This document shows, piece by piece, positions 8,725 through 17,841 of a DNA stretch of 64,000 nucleotides (the first letter of the stretch is position 1; each line of letters opens with the position of its first letter). The DNA lies in contig JAFLSQ010000004.1 of assembly GCA_022510865.1 (NCBI GenBank), forward strand, positions 28,539-92,538, written 5' to 3'. This DNA is from Treponema sp. Its GTDB lineage: Bacteria; Spirochaetota; Spirochaetia; Treponematales; Treponemataceae. Both the position numbers and the translations under genes were made by a program. The notes under the pieces are model-generated. The model made no database searches, was not told the DNA's origin, and saw nothing but the letters and a program-made list of their open reading frames with translations.

Positions 8725-8762
8725 AAAAAAAAATCAGCCACGTTGCTTTGTGGCTGATTTTT
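8725..8762. terminator. Bidirectional terminator (fba on the minus strand, manA operon on the plus strand)
   Basis: A9-AATCAGCCAC-gttgcttt-GTGGCTGATT-T5: a 10-bp stem with A and T runs on either side. Confidence 0.7.
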
Positions 8763-8792
8763 AACGCTTTTTATGATTGCGCTTGCCTGATT

Positions 8793-9803
8793 CTAGTCCA
8801 GAGCGTGTCCGGCAGAGCCAAGCACCTCGATGTTTTTGTGCATATACATCTTTTTAAGCTCGTCGCGGGCAGGTGTGAGGAACTGGCGCGGGTCAAACGC
8901 CTCCGGATTCTCTGCCAGGTACTTTCTGATTGCGGCGGTCATCGCAAGCCGTCCGTCAGAGTCGATGTTGATTTTGCAGACAGCGGATTTTGCGGCCTTG
9001 CGCAGCTGCTCCTCCGGAATTCCAACTGAATCGGGGATTTTTCCGCCGAACTGCTCGATGATTCGCACGTACTCAATCGGCACGGAAGAAGAGCCGTGCA
9101 GGACAATCGGGAAGCCCGGAAGCTCTTTCTCAATCGCGGCAAGAACATCGAACGCGAGCGGAGGCGGAACAAGAATTCCGTCCGCCGTGCGTGTGCACTG
9201 CTCCGGTGTGAATTTGCAGCGCCCGTGGCTTGTTCCGATGGAGATTGCAAGAGAGTCACAGCCGGTTTTTGACGTGAAGTCCACCACTTCCTCCGGCTTT
9301 GTGTATTTTGATTCCTCTGCGGAAACCTCGTCCTCAACTCCGCCGAGCACACCAAGCTCAGCCTCAACAGTCACGTAATCTTTCTGGCTGTGAGCGTAAT
9401 CCACAACCTGCTTCGTGAGCTTCACGTTCTCATCGTAGGGGAGGGAAGAGCCGTCAATCATCACAGAGGAGAATCCGTTGTCGATGCAGTCCTTGGCGAC
9501 CTCGAAATTCGGGCCGTGGTCAAGGTGCAGGACAATCGGGATGTCGCATCCCAGTTCGTGGGCATACTCTACCGCACCGCGCGCCATGTTGCGCAGGATG
9601 TATTTGTCCGCGTATGCGCGCGCGCCCTTTGAGACTTGCAGGATGACAGGAGATTTTGTCTCGACACAAGCCTGGATAATCGCCTGCATCTGCTCCATGT
9701 TGTTGAAGTTATATGCCGGAATGGCATATCCGCCTTTGATGGCCTTCGCGAACATATCTTTTGTGTTCACAAGACCAAGTTCTTTGTAACTTACGTTAGC
9801 CAT
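8793..9803 (-). CDS. fba: Class II fructose-1,6-bisphosphate aldolase
   Basis: GGYAIPAYNFNNMEQ, VILQVSKGA, VLHLDHG and SIGTSHG are class II FBA motifs. AAGGA RBS. Confidence 0.9.
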   Translation of the reverse strand: MANVSYKELGLVNTKDMFAKAIKGGYAIPAYNFNNMEQMQAIIQACVETKSPVILQVSKGARAYADKYILRNMARGAVEYAHELGCDIPIVLHLDHGPNFEVAKDCIDNGFSSVMIDGSSLPYDENVKLTKQVVDYAHSQKDYVTVEAELGVLGGVEDEVSAEESKYTKPEEVVDFTSKTGCDSLAISIGTSHGRCKFTPEQCTRTADGILVPPPLAFDVLAAIEKELPGFPIVLHGSSSVPIEYVRIIEQFGGKIPDSVGIPEEQLRKAAKSAVCKINIDSDGRLAMTAAIRKYLAENPEAFDPRQFLTPARDELKKMYMHKNIEVLGSAGHALD

Positions 9804-10026
9804 GATTATATCCTTAAAAAAGTGATTTGAGAGAATGATAATCCAATATCACCAAAAATTCAATGAAAAATGCGCAAGGTTTGAATAAAAAGAAAACCGA
9901 TGATGATTTGCCCGCAATTTCTGATTCGCGTCATTTTCGCGGCGGGCGGTTCGTGTTGTTCAAAGAAATCGGCTTTGGGACGCGCCGCCGCATTTCCGTC
10001 AATTTTGATATTTGGCAAAAAGGGAT

Positions 10027-10055
10027 TTGACAAAGATTTGCATAGGAAATATAAT
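10027..10055 (+). promoter_or_regulatory. Consensus sigma70 promoter of the flaA paralog pair
   Basis: TTGACA-17 nt-TATAAT, an exact match to consensus, about 90 nt upstream of ATG 10144. Confidence 0.65.
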
Positions 10056-10143
10056 TAAAACGATAATATTTTTGCCAGATTATGCCGATAAAAGAACAAG
10101 AAATATATCTTTTATCTGGCTGATAAAGTTTAAGGAGTATTGC

Positions 10144-10926
10144 ATGAAGAGGGGACTGAAAGTCTTTGTTGGTCTTGCAAGTCTGTTTGTGATTGGACTG
10201 CCGGTGTTCGCACAGCCCAGTTCAAGAAGCATTGAGACATTTGTGATGGACGATTTTGATGCTGCCAGTGAGCAGAATTATCTGCATGACGGCAAGTCTT
10301 ACAGCTGGGACTGGGGAGTCAATTCCAGCCGATTTATTGCCGAGGGATTTCCTAAGCAGAATTATTTTCCGGGAGCACCCAATTCATTGAGGCAGCTTCT
10401 GAAAGGAACTGACAAGGAGCTTAACGTCCTTGGCGTTCAGGTGGCCTATAACAGAAAAGGCGACAACTGGTTCGAAGTCTATCCTGTTGTGGATGACAAG
10501 CCGTTCGAGATTCCGTTCACAGGCACTGTGTCCACAATCGATTTCTGGGTGTGGGGCGCGAACTACAATTATTACATAGAGCTTCTGGTTCGTGACGCTT
10601 CTGGTTCTGTGCGCGTGATTCCGGCCGGAAACCTTGCGTTCCACGGATGGCGCAACGTCATCGTGAATGTGCCCTCATGGATTCAGCAGAAATCTCAGCT
10701 TCGCTCAGGACCTTCAAGCCTTACTTTCGTAGGTTTCAGAATCCGCTCCGATGCAGAGGAATATGTTGATGATTTTGTGGTCTTCTTTGATCAGCTGAAA
10801 TACACATCAAATTCTCTCTCATTCATTTATGACGGCTATGAGCTGAAAGATGCTTTCGCAGATGATTCAGAATCAGACTCTGGTTCTAATTCTAGTTCTG
10901 ATAGCGTGGAGGAGGTAGAGGAATAA
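10144..10926 (+). CDS. flaA: FlaA-family flagellar filament outer-layer (sheath) protein, paralog 1
   Basis: Sec signal peptide ending VFA-Q. FHGWRNVIVNVPSWI and GFRIRSDAEEYVDDFVVFFDQLKY parallel the Treponema FlaA C-terminal region. AAGGAG RBS. Start moved to ATG 10144. Confidence 0.7.
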   Translation: MKRGLKVFVGLASLFVIGLPVFAQPSSRSIETFVMDDFDAASEQNYLHDGKSYSWDWGVNSSRFIAEGFPKQNYFPGAPNSLRQLLKGTDKELNVLGVQVAYNRKGDNWFEVYPVVDDKPFEIPFTGTVSTIDFWVWGANYNYYIELLVRDASGSVRVIPAGNLAFHGWRNVIVNVPSWIQQKSQLRSGPSSLTFVGFRIRSDAEEYVDDFVVFFDQLKYTSNSLSFIYDGYELKDAFADDSESDSGSNSSSDSVEEVEE

Positions 10927-11645
10927 TGAAAAAACTGCTTACTGTAAGCGTATTTGCGCTCTTAGTTTCTGGTTTTGTTTTTGCCCAGCAGAGCCTTGAG
11001 GAGCCTAATCCCGAGACTGTCGGGGCGGACTCGGCACTCTCGGCTCTCCGTGAGATTTCCCTTGACAAATTCGAGCGTGAGGGGTCATGGAACGTGCATA
11101 TTTCCGCCGATGACGGTGTGATTACAGGCCGCCTTTTTGAGGGCAGCCCTGAGATGAAAGAGCCTCTTGAGGAGGACGAGGGCAAGGAAGACGAGGACCG
11201 GATGGTTTATGGCGTGAAAGTGGAATTCTTCCGCCGTGGAAAGAACTCTTTCACAATCAAGTCTGGTCGCCCGATCCCTGTGGAAGGAACTGCGAAGACC
11301 ATCTCTATGTGGGTCTGCGGACGCAATCAGGATCATGAGATTTATGCTCTTGTTCAGGATTATTTTGGCCGTAACTACGAGCTTTATATGGGAAATCTTG
11401 GATTTTCCGGCTGGAAAAAGCTTACCTGCGTCGTTCCGCCAAGCCCGGACGGAGAGCATGGAATTGTCCAGAGCAGCGCGTATTACGGCGACCGCCCCGG
11501 ACTTCGTCTGCTCGGTTTCAGGATTGACTGCAATCCTATGAAAGCGCGCGGAACGTACTATGTTTACTTTGACGACATCAGAGCTGTTACGGATTTGTAT
11601 GATTTGCAGAACCGCAACGAGGATGACATGAGCGATAACTGGTAA
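10926..11645 (+). CDS. FlaA-family flagellar filament outer-layer protein, paralog 2
   Basis: Signal peptide ending VFA-Q. FSGWKKLTCVVP and GFRIDC...GTYYVYFDDIRAVTD have the same architecture as paralog 1. TAATG overlap with the upstream gene. Confidence 0.6.
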   Translation: MKKLLTVSVFALLVSGFVFAQQSLEEPNPETVGADSALSALREISLDKFEREGSWNVHISADDGVITGRLFEGSPEMKEPLEEDEGKEDEDRMVYGVKVEFFRRGKNSFTIKSGRPIPVEGTAKTISMWVCGRNQDHEIYALVQDYFGRNYELYMGNLGFSGWKKLTCVVPPSPDGEHGIVQSSAYYGDRPGLRLLGFRIDCNPMKARGTYYVYFDDIRAVTDLYDLQNRNEDDMSDNW

Positions 11646-11662
11646 TATTTCTTAAAATAAAT

Positions 11663-11693
11663 AAAAAAGCCGGAGAAAATCTCCGGCTTTTTT
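11663..11693. terminator. Bidirectional terminator between flaA paralog 2 and the convergent gene
   Basis: AAAAAAGCCGGAG-aaaat-CTCCGGCTTTTTT. Confidence 0.75.
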
Positions 11694-12402
11694 ATTTCCC
11701 GGTGATTTTATAATATCTGCTTTTATTTTTTGTGCAGGTCTGCTCAAGAAGTCCCATGCGCACCATCACCCAGATTATTATGTGCGGATTTTTGTACCCC
11801 AGCGCGCTTCCTAAGTCTTTCGCGCAGAATTCCTCCGGGAGCGTTGCGGGGAGGAGTGCCAACCAGTCTTTTGCGTCATTGAGCCTTATTGTCCCAAGAG
11901 TCTCTGACAGCTCTTTGTCCGCTTTCTGAAAATTTTTCTTGAACCGCCGCCTTCCGTTTTTTGACTGCTCCGGCTCTGCTGTGCGGATTCTTTTTTCCGT
12001 GATGTTAACCTGAATTATCTCCAGAGAAAAATGCTTGTCCAGCAGAACGGAATACATTCTCGTGAGCTCGTTGAAAATATCGTAAAGGCAGCCTTTTCTC
12101 GGACTTTTCCGGCTGGAAATCAGTTTGCCGTCTGTGCCGTGCAGGGCAATCCTCGTGCCGATGACGTTCGGATGGACGATTTTCACGCTGCGGCCTTTTG
12201 AGATTGCGTCCGTTACTTTTGGCAGGAGTTTTGACAGGTTTTTTGTCTGGATTTCAATCACGTTCCCGTTTTTTGTCACAATATCATAGATGTGGCCGTC
12301 GGCTTCGACCTCGGTTTTTCCATCATAAATCTCGCTGTACATGGTTTTGAGGGTGTTGTGCAGGCTGCTCTCGTTCAGGGTGGAAAATCGCATTTCTATC
12401 AC
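11692..12402 (-). CDS. Hypothetical protein with a CoiA-like / PD-(D/E)XK nuclease motif and a possible C-terminal winged helix
   Basis: GHIYDIVTKNGNVIEIQTK resembles the D..(I/V)-x(n)-(I/V)E(I/F)Q nuclease core of CoiA-type proteins. Basic linker. The start is either GTG 12402 or ATG 12393. Confidence 0.45.
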   Translation of the reverse strand: MIEMRFSTLNESSLHNTLKTMYSEIYDGKTEVEADGHIYDIVTKNGNVIEIQTKNLSKLLPKVTDAISKGRSVKIVHPNVIGTRIALHGTDGKLISSRKSPRKGCLYDIFNELTRMYSVLLDKHFSLEIIQVNITEKRIRTAEPEQSKNGRRRFKKNFQKADKELSETLGTIRLNDAKDWLALLPATLPEEFCAKDLGSALGYKNPHIIIWVMVRMGLLEQTCTKNKSRYYKITGK

Positions 12403-12520
12403 TTAAATAAAATATAGTATTTAACCGTATATTGAAAAACACGGATAATTGACAATTTTTTAAATAATCTGCGAAAAAATGGTTTGACTTTAATCATTTT
12501 TATTATAAAATGAACAGCAA

Positions 12521-12555
12521 GTGGGAGAAAGTGGTAAAAAGTGGATATAAGTGGG
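12521..12555 (+). promoter_or_regulatory. Array of four GTGG(G/T/A) direct repeats at 10-bp phasing (candidate MraZ operator)
   Basis: GTGGG at 12521, GTGGT at 12531, GTGGA at 12541 and GTGGG at 12551. The last box overlaps the mraZ start region. Confidence 0.6.
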
Positions 12556-12556
12556 T

Positions 12557-13000
12557 ATGAATCTATTAACTGGTGAGTACAACAATACGATTGATGACAA
12601 GGGCCGGCTCTCGTTCCCTGTGAAATTGCGGGCCGCGCTTAATCAAAACGTACTTATCATCACCAAGGGTTTGGAACGCTGCTTATGGCTTTTTACGCTT
12701 GATGAATGGGAGTCCTTCCAGTCAAAACTTCTGAGCAATGCCTCAATGATGAAAAGCGAGAGCATGCTGGTAATCCGGCGTTTCATCGCATCTGCTGCCG
12801 ATGTTGAATTTGACAAGAACGGACGCCTGTCCATCCCCCGCGAATTACGGGAATATGCCCATCTCTCCAAAGATTGCACCGTGCTTGGAATCGCAAAATA
12901 TATGGAGCTTTGGGATTCCCGGACTTACGGCGAATATCAGAATCAGTCCGAGGCCTCGTTCCGTGAGGCTGCGGAAAAATTCAATGATATTGCCTTTTAA
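12557..13000 (+). CDS. mraZ: Transcriptional regulator MraZ
   Basis: Two SpoVT/AbrB-like halves, each with a DxxGR motif (IDDKGRLSFP, FDKNGRLSIP). First gene of the dcw cluster. The start is ATG 12557 or GTG 12551. Confidence 0.9.
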   Translation: MNLLTGEYNNTIDDKGRLSFPVKLRAALNQNVLIITKGLERCLWLFTLDEWESFQSKLLSNASMMKSESMLVIRRFIASAADVEFDKNGRLSIPRELREYAHLSKDCTVLGIAKYMELWDSRTYGEYQNQSEASFREAAEKFNDIAF

Positions 13001-13024
13001 TTTAAAAAGGTGGGGATAGGACAG

Positions 13025-14020
13025 ATGGAAATTGCTCACACTCCTGTTTTGCTCAATGAGTGTCTGGAATTGCTGTCTCCTGAATCTGAGTCATACGCAG
13101 AAAATCCGCTTATGATTGATTCCACACTTGGTGAGGGGGGGCATTCTTTTCATTTCCTTTCAAAATATCCCGCGCTTAATATAATCGGGCTGGATGCCGA
13201 CTGCGTGATTCAGGCCCGTGCCAGAGAACGGCTTGCTCCTTTTGGCAGGCGGATGATGTTCTACAACGGCTGGTTTCAGGATTTTTACGCGGCCTATCCT
13301 GCGGAAATTGCGGGCGGCCGTCATCCTGACATCATCCTTTTTGATTTGGGGATTTCAGTCTTTCATTATGAGAAGTCCGGGAGGGGTTTCTCTTTCAGGA
13401 ATGATGAGAGGCTTGATATGCGGCTTGACAGCGCGGACGGTAAGTCCGCCGCAGATTTGGTGAACGGATTGGATGAGCGGGGGCTTGCCAATCTGATTTA
13501 CCTTTATGGCGAGGAGAAGCTCAGCCGCAGGATAGCACGTGCGATTGTTCAGGCCCGGGCCGGCGGGCGCATTGAGTCTTCCAAGGCTCTCGCCCAGATT
13601 ATCTGGGATGCAGTTCCCGCGGATTACCGTCACGGCGGCATCCATCCGGCGACGCGGACTTTTCAGGCTCTGCGCATTGCCGTGAACGGAGAGCTGGAGC
13701 GGCTTCCGCAGGCTCTGCACAATGCGTTCAACGTGCTCAACGCGGGCGGAAAAATGGGCGTGATAACTTTTCACTCTCTGGAGGACAGGATTGTGAAGAA
13801 TTATTTTAGGAATCTTGGCAGGGAATGTGTGTGCCCGCCTGAGGTGGCTGTCTGCCGCTGCGGAGGAAAAAAATGCGCGGAAATCGTGACCAGAAAGCCG
13901 GTCTGTCCTACGGAAAAAGAGGTGTCGGAGAATTCGCCGTCGCGCAGCGCGAAGCTTCGTGTTGTGCGGAAAATCTCCCCGGCAAGTGATTACCGGCTTG
14001 AAGGTGTGGTGGGGTATTAG
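13025..14020 (+). CDS. rsmH: 16S rRNA (cytosine1402-N4)-methyltransferase RsmH (MraW)
   Basis: HTPVLLNE, IDSTLGEGGHS, DLGISVFH, HPATRTFQALRIAVN, FHSLEDR. AAGGTGG RBS upstream of ATG 13025. Confidence 0.9.
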   Translation: MEIAHTPVLLNECLELLSPESESYAENPLMIDSTLGEGGHSFHFLSKYPALNIIGLDADCVIQARARERLAPFGRRMMFYNGWFQDFYAAYPAEIAGGRHPDIILFDLGISVFHYEKSGRGFSFRNDERLDMRLDSADGKSAADLVNGLDERGLANLIYLYGEEKLSRRIARAIVQARAGGRIESSKALAQIIWDAVPADYRHGGIHPATRTFQALRIAVNGELERLPQALHNAFNVLNAGGKMGVITFHSLEDRIVKNYFRNLGRECVCPPEVAVCRCGGKKCAEIVTRKPVCPTEKEVSENSPSRSAKLRVVRKISPASDYRLEGVVGY

Positions 14021-14021
14021 C

Positions 14022-14324
14022 ATGAATTTTCGTTTCAAGGATTTTTTAATCCGCGTGGCAGTCATTCTTCTGGTGCTCTCGGTTCCGCTCATGCTTTTTT
14101 TGTATGCGATGCAGGCAAAGCAGTACACAAATCTTACGAAAGAGGTGCGCGCTCTGGAGCAGAAGCAGGAGAAACTGATAGAGGATAATAAAAAACTTGT
14201 GAGTGACATCGCGATTCTTTCAAGCGCAGACAGGATTGAGAAGATGGCTGTTGAGGAGCTTGGGATGCACAAGGCGGAGAAAGAGGACATTGTCCGGGTG
14301 GAGATGACAGGGGAAAAACAATGA
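14022..14324 (+). CDS. ftsL: Cell division protein FtsL-like (single TM plus coiled coil)
   Basis: 100 aa with a TM helix VAVILLVLSVPLMLFLY, then a heptad-rich segment and RIEKMAVEELGM. It occupies the ftsL slot after rsmH. Confidence 0.65.
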   Translation: MNFRFKDFLIRVAVILLVLSVPLMLFLYAMQAKQYTNLTKEVRALEQKQEKLIEDNKKLVSDIAILSSADRIEKMAVEELGMHKAEKEDIVRVEMTGEKQ

Positions 14325-15769
14325 GCGCGACGTTGCTTGAATACGGGGAGTTGCTTGAAAGCGTGAAAGGCTCGAATATCGGGGGGTGTGAAATCTGCGA
14401 TTTCACCACGGTCCAGACAGACAGCCGTTTTGTGCGCGAGAAGTCTCTTTTTGTCCCGCTGATTGGCACGCATCAGGATGGTCACGCTTATATTCCGCAG
14501 GCACTGGACAATGGCGCGTCGGTCGTTTTTGTGAGCAACTCGGAAAGGCAGAGAAATCAGAATGTGTACATAGATTTGCAGTCACGCTATCCGCATACTC
14601 TTTTTGTGGCGGTGGATGATACGCTCCGCGCCTTGCAGGACGCGGCCGAGGCTTATGCCGCCAAAAAATGCAGGGATATGATTCGCGTGAGCATCACAGG
14701 CTCCAGCGGAAAGACAACCACAAAAGAGATGCTTGTCTCTGTCTGCAAGGCGCATTTTGGCGATGATATGGTCGCGTACACAAAAGGAAATTTTAATTCT
14801 GAGACCGGGCTTCCGCTTGCGGTTTTCACGGTCCGCGGGGATGAGAAAATCTGTGTGCTGGAGATGGGCATGAACCGCAAGGATGAGATTGGCGAGATTT
14901 CCAAGGTCTTCAAATCGCAGTACGGAATCATCACGAACATCGGAAGCGCGCACATCGGAATTCTTGGCAGCCGTGAGAACATCGCGAGGGAAAAACGCAG
15001 GTCTTTTGATTATATTCCTGCGGACGGCGCGGTTTTTGTGTCCGAGGACGATGATTTTGCGGATTTTTGCACCGAGAACGTCCGCGGAAAAATCGTGCGG
15101 TACGGAAAAATCAGCACACAGAAAAATTATGGCGTAAGATTTCTGGAGAGCCTGGGATTGCGGGGCAGCCGCTTTTGCATAAATGATGTAATCGTGAGCC
15201 TTCCGCTTCCCGGGGATTATAATTACATGAACGCGCTCGCGGTTGTCTCGTGCGCAAAAGAGCTTGGAATTCCGGACGAGGCCATAAAAATCGGGCTGGA
15301 GAGCATGGGGGCAATTCCCGGGCGCATGGAAAGCGTGATAATCCGCCTTGAGAACGGAAAAAGCGTGACTATCATACAGGACTGCTACAACGCCAACTGT
15401 GAGTCCATGTCAAAGGCGATTGAATTCTGCGGCTCGCTGGAGAATCCGAGCAGGAAAATTTTTGTGCTCGCTGATATGAAAGAGCTTGGCAGTGAGTCTG
15501 AGGCCGCGCATAAATCCGTTGGAGAGAAGATTGCCGCGAATCTTCCGGATTATGTTTATCTTGCGGGGCAGGAGATGAAATCCGCATTTTTGGTTCTGAA
15601 TCAGAACAAAAACGTTTTTTATTATGATGACACCGGGGATGCGGTTTTTGAGCGTGTCGCCGCACACATAAATTCTTACGCGCAGGACGGCGACGTGATT
15701 TTGCTAAAAGGCTCGCACAGCATGGGGCTTGAGAATCTTGTGCCGCATCTTGAGGGGAGGAAATCGTAA
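14321..15769 (+). CDS. murF: UDP-N-acetylmuramoyl-tripeptide--D-alanyl-D-alanine ligase
   Basis: Mur ligase P-loop ITGSSGKTTTKEM, EMGMN, DCYNAN. ATGA overlap with ftsL. Confidence 0.85.
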   Translation: MSATLLEYGELLESVKGSNIGGCEICDFTTVQTDSRFVREKSLFVPLIGTHQDGHAYIPQALDNGASVVFVSNSERQRNQNVYIDLQSRYPHTLFVAVDDTLRALQDAAEAYAAKKCRDMIRVSITGSSGKTTTKEMLVSVCKAHFGDDMVAYTKGNFNSETGLPLAVFTVRGDEKICVLEMGMNRKDEIGEISKVFKSQYGIITNIGSAHIGILGSRENIAREKRRSFDYIPADGAVFVSEDDDFADFCTENVRGKIVRYGKISTQKNYGVRFLESLGLRGSRFCINDVIVSLPLPGDYNYMNALAVVSCAKELGIPDEAIKIGLESMGAIPGRMESVIIRLENGKSVTIIQDCYNANCESMSKAIEFCGSLENPSRKIFVLADMKELGSESEAAHKSVGEKIAANLPDYVYLAGQEMKSAFLVLNQNKNVFYYDDTGDAVFERVAAHINSYAQDGDVILLKGSHSMGLENLVPHLEGRKS

Positions 15770-15770
15770 A

Positions 15771-16961
15771 ATGAATCAGTTTGCGTTCTATGCCAACAAG
15801 CCTTCGGAAAGCTATCACAAGGTGGACATGGGGCTTTTTGCGTCCGTGATGCTTTTGTGGGGGCTTGGGATTTTCACGCTTTTTGTGTGCACTCAGAATT
15901 ATGCGGTGCGTGTCTTCGACAACAATCCATTTTATTTTGTGAAACGCCAGCTGATTTGCTCGGCCGTGGGCTTCATCCTCTTTGTGATGTTTATGATGCT
16001 TGATATGCGCGTCACAAGGCGGCTTGTCTCTGTGATTGTGATTACCGCGCTCGTTCTCTGCCTTATGACTTTTGTCCCGCCGTTCGGAATTGAGAAAAAC
16101 GGCGCAAGGCGATGGCTCAGAATGCCCGCGGGCTTCACGTTCCAGCCGTCCGAGCTTGTGAAATTCGCCGTGGTGGTCTTTCTTGCGAATTATTTTGACA
16201 AGCAGGAGACGCTTGAGAATCAGGAGGACAGGAACGTTTTTCCGTGCGTTTTCGTGCTTTTTGTCTTTGTGCTGATTGTTCTGGCCCAGAAGGATTTCTC
16301 AACCGCGCTTTTTATCACAGGCATCGGCATTCTTCTGTTTTTAGTGTCGGGCGCAAAACTCATGTGGCTGTTTCCGTTCGCAATGCTCGCAGTTCCGTCT
16401 GTAATCCTGATGATTACGCTTGAGCCTTACCGTTTGCAGCGCGTAATCGGCTGGGTGCGGCCTGAGCAGTACACTACCGGCGTGAATTATCAGAGCCTTG
16501 CCGCAAAACGCGCGATTTCTGCCGGTGGAATCTGGGGCAGCGGAATCGGGACCGGCCTTCAGAGAATCAACAGCATTCCGGAAGTCCAGTCGGATTATAT
16601 TTTTGCGGGCTGGAGCGAGGGAATGGGATTCGTCGGCGTTGTGCTTTATTTTGCCGCCCTGATTTTCTTCGCCTACCGCGGATACAAGGCCGCGTTCCGC
16701 TGCAAGGACCGCTTCACCGCCTACGCGACGTTCGGCTGTGTCTCGGTGATTTTCCTGCAATCCGTTCTGAACACGATGGTCGTGTGCGGGCTTCTGCCTG
16801 CCACAGGAATTCAGCTTCCGTTTTTTTCACTGGGCGGCTCGTCAATCATTGTGACGCTCGCGATGTGCGGCTTTATTTTAAATGCCTCGCGCGGTGAAGA
16901 ATTAGTTGAGAAAGACGCAGAAAGTGACGAAATTAGCATTGAGTCGCTTTCATATTTGTAA
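15771..16961 (+). CDS. ftsW: SEDS-family peptidoglycan polymerase FtsW
   Basis: About 10 TM helices. QPSELVKF, DFSTAL and PATGIQLPFFSLGGSS are SEDS motifs. Start at ATG 15771, 1 nt after the murF stop. Confidence 0.85.
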   Translation: MNQFAFYANKPSESYHKVDMGLFASVMLLWGLGIFTLFVCTQNYAVRVFDNNPFYFVKRQLICSAVGFILFVMFMMLDMRVTRRLVSVIVITALVLCLMTFVPPFGIEKNGARRWLRMPAGFTFQPSELVKFAVVVFLANYFDKQETLENQEDRNVFPCVFVLFVFVLIVLAQKDFSTALFITGIGILLFLVSGAKLMWLFPFAMLAVPSVILMITLEPYRLQRVIGWVRPEQYTTGVNYQSLAAKRAISAGGIWGSGIGTGLQRINSIPEVQSDYIFAGWSEGMGFVGVVLYFAALIFFAYRGYKAAFRCKDRFTAYATFGCVSVIFLQSVLNTMVVCGLLPATGIQLPFFSLGGSSIIVTLAMCGFILNASRGEELVEKDAESDEISIESLSYL

Positions 16962-16977
16962 TTAAAGAGGATGTGAG

Positions 16978-17838
16978 ATGAGTGATACTGGCTTGCTGAG
17001 AGACGATGATTTTCTGGAGAACGATTATTTCATCAGTTCGGAGGGCGAGAGCGACAGCTCCCGTTCTGCGGAGAACAAGATAAAAATCATCAAAGTGATT
17101 TTCATCCTGCTCTGCGTTGTTCTCATCGGCGAGCTGGTGGCGTACAAATACATCATGCCAAGTTTCTCGAATCCCAAGGTGACAGTCTCCGGGCAGAAAA
17201 ATTACACTGCCGAGGAGATTGCGAGGAAACTTCTGCGGATGAACGCGACCACCTGGTTTGATTTTGACGTGAGTCAGGCGGTGGCAATCCTTTCTTCGGA
17301 GGCGGGGATTGAGAGCGTTTCCGTTGAGAAACGCTTCCCGGACAAAATTTTCATAAATGTCGTGGAGCGTGAGCCTGTTGCGGTGATGTTCGTGGCAGAC
17401 GGCGGCCATACATATCCGCTTGAGATTGATAAATACGGCGTTCTTTTTGATGTGAGAGAAAACCTCATGCCGGACACCAGCGTAGTTCCAATCGTCTCGG
17501 GGCTTCCTGTTGAGTACATGGCGCAGGGAATGCGGATTCCGAATGTTTATCATCCGCTCATAGACCAGATTTCTCAAATCAGTGCGCTGCCCCAGAAGTA
17601 TTTTGCGGGAATATCAGAGATTTGCGTGCTTCCCAACGAATTCGGAAACTACGAGCTTGCGTTGTTCCCCGCCCAGTCAAAAATCAAAGTTCTGACCGAC
17701 CGAGCATTGAATGAAGAGGCGTTAAAGTATATGATGGTAGTGTTGGATGTGGTCAACCAGATTGGGACTGCGGTATCCGAGGTGGATTTAAGATACGGCT
17801 CTGTCTCAATCAAAACTGTTGATGTAGGGGATTTTTAA
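16978..17838 (+). CDS. ftsQ: Cell division protein FtsQ (POTRA-containing)
   Basis: N-terminal TM helix followed by a POTRA-like segment (VEKRFPDKIFINVVEREPVA). Lies between ftsW and ftsA. GAGGA RBS. Confidence 0.75.
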   Translation: MSDTGLLRDDDFLENDYFISSEGESDSSRSAENKIKIIKVIFILLCVVLIGELVAYKYIMPSFSNPKVTVSGQKNYTAEEIARKLLRMNATTWFDFDVSQAVAILSSEAGIESVSVEKRFPDKIFINVVEREPVAVMFVADGGHTYPLEIDKYGVLFDVRENLMPDTSVVPIVSGLPVEYMAQGMRIPNVYHPLIDQISQISALPQKYFAGISEICVLPNEFGNYELALFPAQSKIKVLTDRALNEEALKYMMVVLDVVNQIGTAVSEVDLRYGSVSIKTVDVGDF

Positions 17839-17841
17839 AGA

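Noticed and set aside
9945-10000. GC-rich imperfect inverted repeat (GCGGCGGGCG ... CGCGCCGCCGC) in the fba-flaA divergent region.
   Set aside because: It has a bulged stem and a loop of about 35 nt, with no associated T-run or obvious operator symmetry. It is not distinguishable from chance in a GC-rich patch.
10012-10143. Upstream extension of flaA paralog 1 (TTG start at 10012 in the ORF track).
   Set aside because: The extension runs across the consensus promoter itself. ATG 10144 has an AAGGAG RBS and begins a typical signal peptide.
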